The position numbers and the translations under genes are program-made. The notes below the pieces were generated by a model. That model was not told where the DNA came from and searched no databases. It saw only the letters and a program-made list of their open reading frames with translations. Positions 27,412 to 36,365 of a stretch of DNA of 43,374 bases are shown one piece after another. The DNA is from a virus. Lineage: Duplodnaviria; Caudoviricetes. The stretch lies in the IMG/VR virus record IMGVR_UViG_3300043173_000426, positions 1 to 43,374 of that record, one strand, 5' to 3'. How positions within the stretch are numbered: position 1 is the first letter of the stretch; each line of letters begins with the position of its first letter.

Positions 27412-28257
27412 TCACGGGATCCACCAGATGTTGAGCTCAGGGCCGAAGCTCTTACAGTGCGTCCCGACCGCAGTCTCGATCAATTCATCGGTCGCCGTGA
27501 TCCTGATCTCGAGCGTGAAGTCTGTCGGTGTTGGGGTTTCAGAGCGGGCGTCTGTATTTTTATTCCAGTCAATGGTCGTATAGCCGTCGGGCGTTGGAAA
27601 AGCCCCCTCCGGGCCTGGCCCGCATTCGGCCGGATTGAACGGATAAGTCGTTACATCGTTGAACTGCGAGCTCACGTCCTCACTCAGAGTTTCCCAGGGC
27701 CCACCGCCGGAAATTATGACCACCTTGGTCAATGACCAGTCGCGCTCAAAAGTTCGGTTGCCGAAATCCACCAAGCGAATCGTGTGAAAGGCGCCCGGGG
27801 CGCGTTCGGATTCGTAAGAGAATCCCACGCTCGGCACCGATGGTTCTGGTGTGTCCGGGTTGTCGAATGCCGGCGCGAGCAACACCAGACTGAGGATTTT
27901 GGTCGGCACTTCGAGCAGCGGGCAATTCATCAACAGCACACCGTCGTAGGTGCCGCCAGGAGTGACGCGGAGCTCGAGGGGCGGCTCGGTCTCGTGGATG
28001 AAGCCGGCAGAGTCCGTCAGTTTGCAATGCACCAGGTAGTCGATTGTCGCCCGAGAGCTCGGCGCGCTGATGTCGACCAGCGTGCGGTCCCCGTCAATCG
28101 TCAGGTCTGTGAAAATGAGCCCCGGAGGATCAGAGATCCAAGCAACGGAGCCCGGGGTGATCGTCGCTCCCTTGAGCGGTCCCCGCCAGTCGAGCTCGTG
28201 GGCCCGGAGCATCGAAGGCGTCAAATCCGCCCATCCCCGTGGCCGTGGTTCAGGCAT
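27412..28257 (-). CDS. Putative fibre-tail adaptor domain fused to a C-terminal extension
   Basis: The first ~104 aa align by eye with 27054..27362. The linker LLEVPTKILSLVLLAPAF resembles one rope repeat. Confidence 0.6.
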   Translation of the reverse strand: MPEPRPRGWADLTPSMLRAHELDWRGPLKGATITPGSVAWISDPPGLIFTDLTIDGDRTLVDISAPSSRATIDYLVHCKLTDSAGFIHETEPPLELRVTPGGTYDGVLLMNCPLLEVPTKILSLVLLAPAFDNPDTPEPSVPSVGFSYESERAPGAFHTIRLVDFGNRTFERDWSLTKVVIISGGGPWETLSEDVSSQFNDVTTYPFNPAECGPGPEGAFPTPDGYTTIDWNKNTDARSETPTPTDFTLEIRITATDELIETAVGTHCKSFGPELNIWWIP

Positions 28258-31200
28258 CAGCCAGCCCTCGCCTGGGTCATGGTGCTGCCGGCGGTTGCGG
28301 TAATCATTTTCGATCCGATAGCGCCGTCGAGCATCGTCGAGCCCACCGATATTGAAAGCAGCGCAACCCCATCACCGGCAGAGGTCGGAACCCCTGCAAG
28401 GGCGACCGGCGGGAACAGCACCAGGTTGAACGTCTTGAGTGCCGCCTCCACCACCACCAGGTTGGGGTCGGCCACCACGCTTGGCGCGAACAGTTGCAGC
28501 GAGAGCGTGCGCAGCGGCGCCGTCACCAGGGCGCCCCTGGCGACCGTCGGCGCGAGGAGCGTGATGGTCTTGGTGAGCAGCGGCGCCTCGAGCACCAGGT
28601 CGTCGAAAGCCGCCACCGTCGGCGTCAGCAACGTCAACGTCAGGGTGCGCAGCGGCGCCTCGACGACGAGCTCGATCTCCACCGTCGGCGCAAAGAGCTC
28701 GAGGGGGAACGATTTCAGCGGGGCAGCGATCCCGGCACCGGCCGCCACCGTGGGCTCGAGCAGGTTGAGGAAGAAGAAGAAAACGTCGGGCACCAGGATG
28801 GTGTGCGAGGGCGCGAACAGGGTCAGCGTCAGGGTGCGCAACGGGGCCTCGACCACCGTGTTGGTGACACCCGAGAACACGCTCGGTACATGCAGGGTGA
28901 GCGTTTTCGAGAGCAGCGGGACGGCGATGGCGCCCACGGTCGGGGCGAACAGCACCAGGCTCAGGGTGAGCGCCTGGGGCCTTATGGTGACGCCGCCGGC
29001 GCTGACCGTTGGCACCAGGAGCTCGAGCGGGAAACTCTTGAGTGGCGTGTCGACGCGGATGCCGGCGAGCGATGGCCCGAACAGGGTGAGCGTCAGCGTC
29101 TTGAGCGGGGCCTCGAGCTCCACCCCCTGGGCGGTTTCCACCGACGGCTCGAGCAGGGTCAGCGTCAGCGTGGCGAGCGGGGCCGTGACCAGCGCGCCGA
29201 TCCCGACCGTCGGCGTTCCGAGCGAGAGCGTCAGGGTCTTGAGCGGGGCCGCTACCGTGACGCCGGTCTCGGCGGCGGGCTCGAGCAGGGTTAGCGTCAG
29301 GGTCTTGAGCGGGGCGTCGACGGTGACACCCGTGAACAAGGCCGGCGTCAGTAACGTCAATGTCAGGGTCTTGAGCGGGGCGCTGGCCGTGACGCCGGTG
29401 TGCACCGCCGGCGTCAACAGCGACAGCGTGAGCGTCTTGAGAGGCGCGCTCGCCGAAGCACCGCCGGCCACCGAGGGCACCAAGAGGGAAAGCGTCAGGG
29501 TACCCAGCGGCGCAACCACCGTGACGCCGGTGTGCACGACCGGCGTCAGCAAGGTCAACGTCAGCGTCTTGAGCGGCGCCTGGACGACAACACCGAAGCC
29601 CACGGCCGGGGTGAACAAAGTCAGCGTCAGCGTCTTGAGCGGCGCGGTCGCGGTGACGCCCGTGTGCACGTCGGGGGTCAACAGGGTGAGCGTGAGCCCC
29701 AGGGCCGGAGACGTCAGCGCCACCCCGATGGCCACCGAGCTGGGCGTGAGCAAGGTGAGCGTCAGCGTGCGCAGCGGCGCCGCTACCGTCACACCGCTGG
29801 CTACCGTGGGCACCAGAAGCGTCAATGTCAGGGTCTTGAGCGGCACATCCACGGCCACCCCGAAATTGGTCGATGGCGTGAGCAGCGTCAGGGTGAGAGT
29901 GCGCAGCGGGGCGACCACCGTGACGCCGGTGTGCACGTCGGGGGTGAGCAGCGTGAGCGTCAATCCGAGAGCCGGTGACGTCAGCGTGACGCCGATCCCC
30001 ACCGAGCTGGGCGTCAGGTTGACCAGGGTCAGGGTGTCGAGCGGAGCCAACACGGTGACGCCGGTCTCGACCGCCGGCGTGAGCAGCGTGAGCGTCAGGG
30101 TGCGCAAGGGCGCATCGACCGCCACACCGAAGTTGGTCGATGGCGTGAACAGCACCAGGGTGAGGGTGAGCAGCGGCGAGCTCGTCGAGGCGCCAGTCTC
30201 GACGGCCGGCGTCAGCAAGGTGAGCGTCAGCGTGCGCAGCGGCGCCTCGAGCTCGACGCCGGTGGCCACGGAGCTCGGGGTGAGCAGCGTCAAGGTCAGC
30301 GTATTGAGCGGCACCACCACCGTGACGCCGGTCTCGAGGGCGGGCACCAGGAGGGTGAGCGTCAACGTGTTGAGCGGGGGGTCGACCGTGACGCCGGTAT
30401 TCAGGGCCGGGGTCAGCAGCGTCAACGTGAGGGTTTGCAATGGCGAGGTCGCAGACACCCCTATTGCAACCCCTGGCGTCAGCAGCGTGAGCGTCAACGT
30501 GTGGAGCGGGGTATCGAGGGCGACCCCCGTGAGGACCGCCGGCGTCAACAACGTCAGGGTAAGGGTACGGAGCGGCGTGTCGACGGTGACGCCGGTGTGC
30601 ACGGCGGGGGTGAGCAGCGTCAGGGTCAGAGTGGCCAGGGGCGTGTCGACCGTGACGCCGGTGTGCAGGGCCGGCGTGAGCAGGGTGAGCGTCAAGGTGC
30701 GCAGCGGCGCCTCGAGCTCGACGCCCGTCGCCAAGGAGCTCGGGGTCAAGAGCGTCAGGGTCAGAGTGCGCAGCGGCGCCTCAATGGTTACTTCGGCGCC
30801 CTGGGCTACGTCGGTAAACGTCGGCGTGGAGGTGTAGGTTGCGAACGCCGTGCCGTCACCCTCGACCACGCGCAGCTTAATGTCGTCGAGTTCAAGCAGG
30901 TCGGCGGAGATCAATAAAAACGAAACCTCGGCCTCGATAATGTCGCCGACCGTGAAGTCAACGGGGAGCTGGAATACGCCGGTGGACTCCTCGGCGGCGT
31001 TGTTGTTGGTGATGAGCGTGTCACCCCCACCCAGCAGTTTGACCGCGCAATCATCCCCATCCGCGTACCAGGCGGTCGCCCGGGTCTGGACGTTGCTCGA
31101 GCTCGCCGTCACGTCTTGCCAGGCGTCGGCGTTCTTCTGCGATTGCCACTTGAACGACGGCGTGGTGGCGGTGGCGACCGTGATTTTTATCTGCACGCGG

Positions 31201-31649
31201 GCCCGCAGGGGCACGTCGGAGCTCACATCCTGGCCGGTGATGGCCGTGTCTACCGCCGCCGCCCAGGTGGCGCCGCGGTTCACGTTCGGGGTCAGCAAGG
31301 TCAGCGTGAGCGTGGCCAGCGGCGCGTCGACCGTGACGCCCGTGAACAGGGCCGGCGTGAACAGGGTCAACGTGAAAGTCTTGAGCGGCGTCTCCACCGG
31401 CGCCATCGGATTTTGGAACGCCGGGGTGAGCAGCGTGAGGGTCAGCGTGCGCAGCGGCGTGTCGACGGTGACGCCGGTGTGCAGAGCAGGGGTGAAAAGG
31501 GTGAGCGTGAGCGTGCGGAGCGGCGTCTCCACCGGCGTCATCGCGACAGATTCCTTTTCTGCCTCGGTACGGAGCGAGCCGTCCTGGGCGCTGCCGGTGC
31601 CTTTTTCGGTCTCGGTGCGAAGTGCCCCGTTTTGAATCGGGTCAGGCAT
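28257..31649 (-). CDS. Repeat-rich 'rope' fibre protein, 1130 aa
   Basis: About 40 repeats (4 + about 36, counted by eye) of consensus TGVTVDAPLRTLTLTLLTPAVx, interrupted by one globular domain. Confidence 0.8.
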   Translation of the reverse strand: MPDPIQNGALRTETEKGTGSAQDGSLRTEAEKESVAMTPVETPLRTLTLTLFTPALHTGVTVDTPLRTLTLTLLTPAFQNPMAPVETPLKTFTLTLFTPALFTGVTVDAPLATLTLTLLTPNVNRGATWAAAVDTAITGQDVSSDVPLRARVQIKITVATATTPSFKWQSQKNADAWQDVTASSSNVQTRATAWYADGDDCAVKLLGGGDTLITNNNAAEESTGVFQLPVDFTVGDIIEAEVSFLLISADLLELDDIKLRVVEGDGTAFATYTSTPTFTDVAQGAEVTIEAPLRTLTLTLLTPSSLATGVELEAPLRTLTLTLLTPALHTGVTVDTPLATLTLTLLTPAVHTGVTVDTPLRTLTLTLLTPAVLTGVALDTPLHTLTLTLLTPGVAIGVSATSPLQTLTLTLLTPALNTGVTVDPPLNTLTLTLLVPALETGVTVVVPLNTLTLTLLTPSSVATGVELEAPLRTLTLTLLTPAVETGASTSSPLLTLTLVLFTPSTNFGVAVDAPLRTLTLTLLTPAVETGVTVLAPLDTLTLVNLTPSSVGIGVTLTSPALGLTLTLLTPDVHTGVTVVAPLRTLTLTLLTPSTNFGVAVDVPLKTLTLTLLVPTVASGVTVAAPLRTLTLTLLTPSSVAIGVALTSPALGLTLTLLTPDVHTGVTATAPLKTLTLTLFTPAVGFGVVVQAPLKTLTLTLLTPVVHTGVTVVAPLGTLTLSLLVPSVAGGASASAPLKTLTLSLLTPAVHTGVTASAPLKTLTLTLLTPALFTGVTVDAPLKTLTLTLLEPAAETGVTVAAPLKTLTLSLGTPTVGIGALVTAPLATLTLTLLEPSVETAQGVELEAPLKTLTLTLFGPSLAGIRVDTPLKSFPLELLVPTVSAGGVTIRPQALTLSLVLFAPTVGAIAVPLLSKTLTLHVPSVFSGVTNTVVEAPLRTLTLTLFAPSHTILVPDVFFFFLNLLEPTVAAGAGIAAPLKSFPLELFAPTVEIELVVEAPLRTLTLTLLTPTVAAFDDLVLEAPLLTKTITLLAPTVARGALVTAPLRTLSLQLFAPSVVADPNLVVVEAALKTFNLVLFPPVALAGVPTSAGDGVALLSISVGSTMLDGAIGSKMITATAGSTMTQARAG

Positions 31650-31657
31650 CGGGCTCT

Positions 31658-32485
31658 CTACACGCGATCAACCGCCGTCACTTCTGGCGAGCCGTCGCTG
31701 AGATCGTTGGTGTCGTCTTTGAAGAAGTGCAGGAAATACTTGAACCCGCTGGCGATTTCCTGCTGGAGACTATAGGTGCCATCGGAACCGCTCGAGATGA
31801 GCTGCGCAACGGGAGGGCCAACAGGCTTCGGCGGCGATCCCTCATCGGACAAGTAAGCCGTCACCTGGACGCTCACAACAGCGGAGCCTCTATCGGCGTC
31901 CTTTGTCGTGCCGTCGATCTTGCCGGCCACGACCACGGTGAGGTGCCCCGTCCCCGTGCCGATAATTCCGTCAACAACCGTGACGACTGCAAACTCGTAC
32001 TCGTCACCGTTGATCGAATCCGCGTTGGTGATGTCGATAGCCCAATGCTGTTCGTAAAGAACGTCATCGTCCACCGTTTGAGTAAGATTGCCTCGGTTTA
32101 CCTGCTCGTCGCTGTTGGCGTCGTAAGCAGTCCAGCCCTTGCCGGTGCAATTCACCTTGGACGAGTCGGATCTTTCGGCGGCAACCAGCACAGTCCCATC
32201 GACCATTTGCGCCGATGAGGCAGCAAGCCGGATCTCCCCACTCGAGGTCAGATCAGTCCAGCTCCCCGCGTCGGTTATATTCCGCCACACAATTTGGAAT
32301 GTGGCGTTGGTGGCGATGTTCATGTCGTCGCCGTCGTAGTTGACGCAGAGGATCAGCTGCTCCGCATCGTGGAATTGCTGGTCGGTGTCTCGATCCCCAC
32401 GCCAATTACGGGTAGCTCCACCCGCCTCATCGATCCCGAAGCGCATGTAGTTGTAGCAACCACCAGCGGCAATGAGCTCAGTCAT
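31658..32485 (-). CDS. Fibre-cluster structural protein (beta-rich, two domains)
   Basis: Acidic and beta-rich. The N-domain resembles the domain inserted in the rope protein. The C-domain is a prealbumin-like GKIDGT...SDGTYS segment. Confidence 0.65.
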   Translation of the reverse strand: MTELIAAGGCYNYMRFGIDEAGGATRNWRGDRDTDQQFHDAEQLILCVNYDGDDMNIATNATFQIVWRNITDAGSWTDLTSSGEIRLAASSAQMVDGTVLVAAERSDSSKVNCTGKGWTAYDANSDEQVNRGNLTQTVDDDVLYEQHWAIDITNADSINGDEYEFAVVTVVDGIIGTGTGHLTVVVAGKIDGTTKDADRGSAVVSVQVTAYLSDEGSPPKPVGPPVAQLISSGSDGTYSLQQEIASGFKYFLHFFKDDTNDLSDGSPEVTAVDRV

Positions 32486-32796
32486 GGCGTTGGGTTCCCG
32501 CCTAAATCGGAAATCCGTTCAAACTCCTGGACCCGGCATAAGAAGATGATGTGATTCTTCCTCCCCGGATTGTGCCCGCGCGTTCGGTGCATCTCCTTGT
32601 ACTCCGCGAGCTTCGCTCTTGCCTGGGGGAGTGTCGTACCAGGCGGAAGATGATCGAACTGCCTGGACTCGTATCCGTAGTCGTCCCGGTCACAGTGATC
32701 GCATTCGTCCAGGGGCACAATTTTCCAAGACACCAGCATCCATTCCACGTCATCCGGGTCAACCGCATCGGGGAAATCGTTGTCGTCCCAGCTCAT
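32482..32796 (-). CDS. Hypothetical protein
   Basis: 104 aa with CxxC. Overlapping start and stop with both neighbours. Confidence 0.6.
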   Translation of the reverse strand: MSWDDNDFPDAVDPDDVEWMLVSWKIVPLDECDHCDRDDYGYESRQFDHLPPGTTLPQARAKLAEYKEMHRTRGHNPGRKNHIIFLCRVQEFERISDLGGNPTP

Positions 32797-33608
32797 CAGA
32801 GCGGTGCCGTCAGATCGCCGTTGTCGTTGCGGAAGCGAGAAACGGCCTGCTGGTACACGGAAGGGACGGCGAGAAAGAGTTGCGGGGGTGTGCGCGTGAA
32901 ACGGAGCCTACTCGAAAGGATCGATGGGTGGTTGAACACCTCGGGCGCATTACGAATTTCTCCGACAAAGCCTTCTCCAGACAAGTCAGGCTCATTAACT
33001 CCATCGCCCTCGGCGAGCATCTGCCACCAAACCCACAGCCCTTGGCTCCCGGCGATGGCGCGGCGAGGGTGCATTCCCTCCATAGCACCAGTGACTTCGT
33101 TGTCCGTTAGCACATTCCCTCGGTAGAAGCGGAAGTCTGCGAGAACGCCGTCCCACTCCGACTCAGTAGCAGGGTCATCGCCCGCACCAACGGCCAGGAA
33201 GTCCATGTTTCCGCCTGCACCAACGTCGTTGGTGTCTGACGCGACAACCGAGCCGTTTTTAAGAATCTCCATTAAATGCGTGCTGTCGGTATAGCGCACA
33301 GCCCAATGTGCCCACTCACCTAAGATAACCGAACCCGCCCCGGAGCCGAACTCATCCTCGCCGGAACCGAAATCATAAACGACATCGAGGGACTCGTTTC
33401 CCGCCCCAGTATCCGCAGGCATCCGAAAGACAAGAAAGCCGCCGGCGCCGGCAATACTGCACAGCATCCCGCCCTCGAAGGGATCGCCATCGCCACCAAC
33501 GCTTTGAGCAAGCGCCCAGATCATGAACGTGAAATCATCCGACGTGTCCATCTCGAAATCCGAAGTCGTGATGACCTGCCCCGAATCATCTTCAAAAAGA
33601 AACGCCAC
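32796..33608 (-). CDS. LamG/concanavalin-A-like domain protein (putative glycan-binding fibre component)
   Basis: DFTFMIWA, GEWAHWAVRY, ILKNGSVV and WDGVLADFRFY...LTDNEV. Likely GTG start at 33608 overlapping the upstream TAG. Confidence 0.8.
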   Translation of the reverse strand: MAFLFEDDSGQVITTSDFEMDTSDDFTFMIWALAQSVGGDGDPFEGGMLCSIAGAGGFLVFRMPADTGAGNESLDVVYDFGSGEDEFGSGAGSVILGEWAHWAVRYTDSTHLMEILKNGSVVASDTNDVGAGGNMDFLAVGAGDDPATESEWDGVLADFRFYRGNVLTDNEVTGAMEGMHPRRAIAGSQGLWVWWQMLAEGDGVNEPDLSGEGFVGEIRNAPEVFNHPSILSSRLRFTRTPPQLFLAVPSVYQQAVSRFRNDNGDLTAPL

Positions 33609-33865
33609 TACAAAAGCCCGCCTCGCTTCAATGCCGTATACGCGAACAGCAGGATCTTCGCGCTGGCGTTGGTGTTCGCCTTGTACGGTTCCGAGAGCGC
33701 CGCCACATAGCTCGCCTCGTTTGCCTCGATCCAATCTTCGGTTTCTTGGATAGCCACTTCGAGATCGGAGAAATTCAGGTTTTTAGAGTTGCCCAGCTTC
33801 TTGATTACGCGCTTCACCCACGGCCGCGCGATCTGTTTGCGCTCAATGCGAGATAGAATCGCCAT
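33608..33865 (-). CDS. Small helical hypothetical protein
   Basis: GAGGAG RBS; coupled to the LamG gene. Confidence 0.7.
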   Translation of the reverse strand: MAILSRIERKQIARPWVKRVIKKLGNSKNLNFSDLEVAIQETEDWIEANEASYVAALSEPYKANTNASAKILLFAYTALKRGGLL

Positions 33866-33874
33866 GTCAGCTCC

Positions 33875-34420
33875 TCAGACAAAAATAATGGTCGGGTAGA
33901 GTGCGACCTCGGCCAGAACGTCGGTGTCGGTGTCATCAATGCGCAGGGCCATCACGACCATTTCGCCGGCTTGTGGTGTTCCGCCATTGTTCAGATCCCA
34001 TCGCGCTTCGATATACTTGCCGTCATCGGCCGTCGCCCATCCGAACGTCGAATTATCCCCATCGCTGCCGTCGCCACCAGTGCGGGCGTCGGGATCCGGG
34101 CCCTCAGCATTGAGGGTCGCGGCGCTTGGTTCTTCATCTACCGCCACGGACGCCCAGGAAGGATCAACCGACAGGTCGCCCGCCTGTATATTCGCAAGCG
34201 CCATCACACGAAGCGTGGCGGTTCCAGAGGGGAGCGTCGTCGGCATCATAAAGCGCAGCGCCCAAACACGATCAGCGCCGAGATCGGGGGCGCTCGCAAC
34301 CCCAAGCCCTTCCTCAGACGGCGAGGCATTGCCACCCGTGCCGACAAACAGATAAGGGAAAATTTCGCCACTGGCGCCCTCGGGATACGCCGAGTGAGGC
34401 CATATAACTTCGCCGGTCAT
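33875..34420 (-). CDS. Beta-rich structural protein of the fibre cluster
   Basis: Acidic, jelly-roll-like composition. AGGGG RBS. Confidence 0.65.
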   Translation of the reverse strand: MTGEVIWPHSAYPEGASGEIFPYLFVGTGGNASPSEEGLGVASAPDLGADRVWALRFMMPTTLPSGTATLRVMALANIQAGDLSVDPSWASVAVDEEPSAATLNAEGPDPDARTGGDGSDGDNSTFGWATADDGKYIEARWDLNNGGTPQAGEMVVMALRIDDTDTDVLAEVALYPTIIFV

Positions 34421-34444
34421 GTTCTTGCGCCCCTTGCTTCATAG

Positions 34445-34476
34445 GCCCGCTCTCGAGGAGCTCCCCGAGAGCGGGC
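34445..34476. promoter_or_regulatory. Strong intergenic hairpin without U-tract (mRNA stability or attenuation element)
   Basis: Perfect 11-bp inverted repeat GCCCGCTCTCG...CGAGAGCGGGC just after the 144-aa gene. Confidence 0.6.
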
Positions 34477-34482
34477 GCGCGG

Positions 34483-34917
34483 TTAGATTTGAAAGATGCC
34501 GGTAGCGTTGAAGTTCACACGGAAATCCGTGCCATCGCCGGCGGTCTCGTCCTGCCCAAAGTTGATATTGAGCATGAGCGCATCCACCGGGGCCGAGGCC
34601 GTGTCCGAGTAGATGACCATGTGCCGGGCCGGGCCGATACTGCCGCCGGAGGCCGTCCACACCTGGTCGGCCGCGTCGAACGTGACCGTGCCGGAGCCCT
34701 CGACCCAGGTCGGGGTCGTCAAGTCCTGGCCGGGGTTGGTGTAGCCGAAGTTGGTCGCCAGAGCATTGGCAACGATGTCGGATCGCTGGGTGTTGGCTTG
34801 GGTGAAGGTATGCGTCGAGTTGTAGAGCTCGCCCTTGAACGTGTCGCCGTCCATGTCGATGGTGTTGTCTCCGAAATACTCCACCATCTTGTCGTAGTTC
34901 TGAATTGTTACTGCCAT
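34483..34917 (-). CDS. Putative fibre subunit ('bead') protein, 144 aa
   Basis: IDMDGDTFKGELY...GY..PGQ.L...TFDAADQVW...ARHMVIY...INFG...GIFQI is a widespread small phage structural pattern. AGGAGA RBS. It is the first gene of the fibre cluster. Confidence 0.7.
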   Translation of the reverse strand: MAVTIQNYDKMVEYFGDNTIDMDGDTFKGELYNSTHTFTQANTQRSDIVANALATNFGYTNPGQDLTTPTWVEGSGTVTFDAADQVWTASGGSIGPARHMVIYSDTASAPVDALMLNINFGQDETAGDGTDFRVNFNATGIFQI

Positions 34918-35011
34918 GAGAGTCTCCTGATGCTGGTCTGTGCCCGGATCTGCCCAGGGGGGAGTCTCTACGTGGCGGTCTCGATAAAGGCGGTATCACG
35001 CCATAGATGGA

Positions 35012-35230
35012 TTACTCCGGCCCGACACTGATGGTGGCGCCGGGCTTGCCGACGGAAGGAGTCTCGACACGGCGGTTGGTGGCGCCCTCGAGGAGCTCGA
35101 GCGAATGCTCGTACTCCTGGAGTCTCGTGGTGGCGCGCTTCTTCGCGTCACCCTTGTAGGCGCCGGCCTGCAGCTTGCCGAGCAACTTCGCGTGTGCGGT
35201 TTTCACATGCTCGTAGCGGGGAATACTCAT
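35012..35230 (-). CDS. Hypothetical protein
   Basis: 72 aa with an AGAGGA RBS and an ATGA overlap. Confidence 0.6.
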   Translation of the reverse strand: MSIPRYEHVKTAHAKLLGKLQAGAYKGDAKKRATTRLQEYEHSLELLEGATNRRVETPSVGKPGATISVGPE

Positions 35231-35544
35231 TGTTTGCGTTCCTCTTTTGCCTGTTCGGCTTTTTCGAGTGTGGTCTGTACGCCCTCAACGTCAAGATAGC
35301 CCTCGGGGGTGAACCCGATGATCTTCTGACATTTGACGTTCGTGCAAACTATAGCCGAGCCCTTGGCCCATTTCCGATCATGCTGGGGGTCGGGGCGCAC
35401 GAACACGCGGAATTTCATGCAGCCGCAGCGGCAGCGCAACGCGACTTCGCCGGTGCCTGGAATGACTTGCTTGCCAGGGACGTGGAGGGTCGCCCTGGGC
35501 GTGTGGATGATGAGCTTCGACTTCTGCCGGTCGCAGGGTTCCAT
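35227..35544 (-). CDS. Zn-ribbon-like hypothetical protein
   Basis: CRCGC...CTNVKC motif and a GAGAGG RBS. Confidence 0.65.
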   Translation of the reverse strand: MEPCDRQKSKLIIHTPRATLHVPGKQVIPGTGEVALRCRCGCMKFRVFVRPDPQHDRKWAKGSAIVCTNVKCQKIIGFTPEGYLDVEGVQTTLEKAEQAKEERKQ

Positions 35545-35621
35545 AGCGTGCCTCTCAATCGGGGGGTGCCCGTAAGGTGAGCATAGACCCGAACGCCTCG
35601 GATTCCCCGTCTTTTCAGGTG

Positions 35622-35846
35622 TCAGGTTTGCTCTTTGGACAGTCGGCGCAACGCACGAAGAAGAACGGTGGGACCATCGTCAAGTTGCACCGAGCGCAGC
35701 CGTCCCGCGACCGCAGCCACACAACGCGCGATGTCGCCACGACACTTGTCACAGACTCCCGTGGTACGCCCGCAGTCGGGGCACGGCGGGTTCTTGGTTG
35801 CCTCAATGCTTGCGTCGGTCACGGGTGAGCTGGGCCGCCACGCCAT
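35622..35846 (-). CDS. Possible small CxxC-CxxC protein
   Basis: CPDC...CDKC motif. Both the start and the frame choice are uncertain. Confidence 0.35.
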   Translation of the reverse strand: MAWRPSSPVTDASIEATKNPPCPDCGRTTGVCDKCRGDIARCVAAVAGRLRSVQLDDGPTVLLRALRRLSKEQT

Positions 35847-36165
35847 CGGCCGGCCAATACCAGTGAACGATGTGATTCAACAACGCCCACCTGGCGGGCA
35901 TGCCGAGGAGCTCCCCGAACGTCGCCAGCATCGACAGCGTGACGAGGAGCTCCGGGTCGGCCGTGGTTCCCATGTTGGAAATGCTCGCGTGGAGCACATA
36001 CCCGCCGTGCTCGAGCTCGGAGACCACCAGCAGCTTGTGGGTGGGGCCGGCGTCGGCCGCGTACTCATCGAACGACTTCGGCGCCACCACCGGGTTGATG
36101 GGGTGCTCGAGGGCGTAGAGGATGAGCTCCGCGAAGGTCTTGCCCGGCTTGACGAGCGCGCTCAC
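35803..36165 (-). CDS. Hypothetical protein
   Basis: 120 aa. GTGA overlap with the upstream ORF. Confidence 0.6.
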   Translation of the reverse strand: MSALVKPGKTFAELILYALEHPINPVVAPKSFDEYAADAGPTHKLLVVSELEHGGYVLHASISNMGTTADPELLVTLSMLATFGELLGMPARWALLNHIVHWYWPADGVAAQLTRDRRKH

Positions 36166-36365
36166 GAGTCACCCGCCTCGGCCCGGCACTCGAGCTTGCG
36201 CATGTTGCCGTCCCGGTCGGACCACGCACCGTTGCCGGCGAGCGCCTTCTGAATCCGGCACTCGCTCCAGGTCATGCCCTGGGCAACCACCGAGTAGCCG
36301 CCCCTGGTGACGTTGACCGAGACCAACATCACCAGGGCGACCGTGACCAGGTTCCGCCCGATCAC
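36162..36365 (-). CDS. Small hypothetical protein with hydrophobic N-terminus
   Basis: Frame of track ORF 36162..36395, with a likely GTG start overlapping the upstream stop. Contains a Cys pair. Confidence 0.5.
   Translation of the reverse strand: MIGRNLVTVALVMLVSVNVTRGGYSVVAQGMTWSECRIQKALAGNGAWSDRDGNMRKLECRAEAGDS

Noticed and set aside
28400-30800. Regularly spaced ~66-bp DNA repeats resembling a CRISPR array
   Set aside because: The repeats are degenerate at third codon positions and in frame, with no unique spacers and no cas genes. They are protein repeats.
27784-30837. 1017-aa plus-strand repetitive ORF (VSVRVRSG repeats)
   Set aside because: Mirror of the rope repeats. The minus-strand frame fits the operon with coupled starts and stops.
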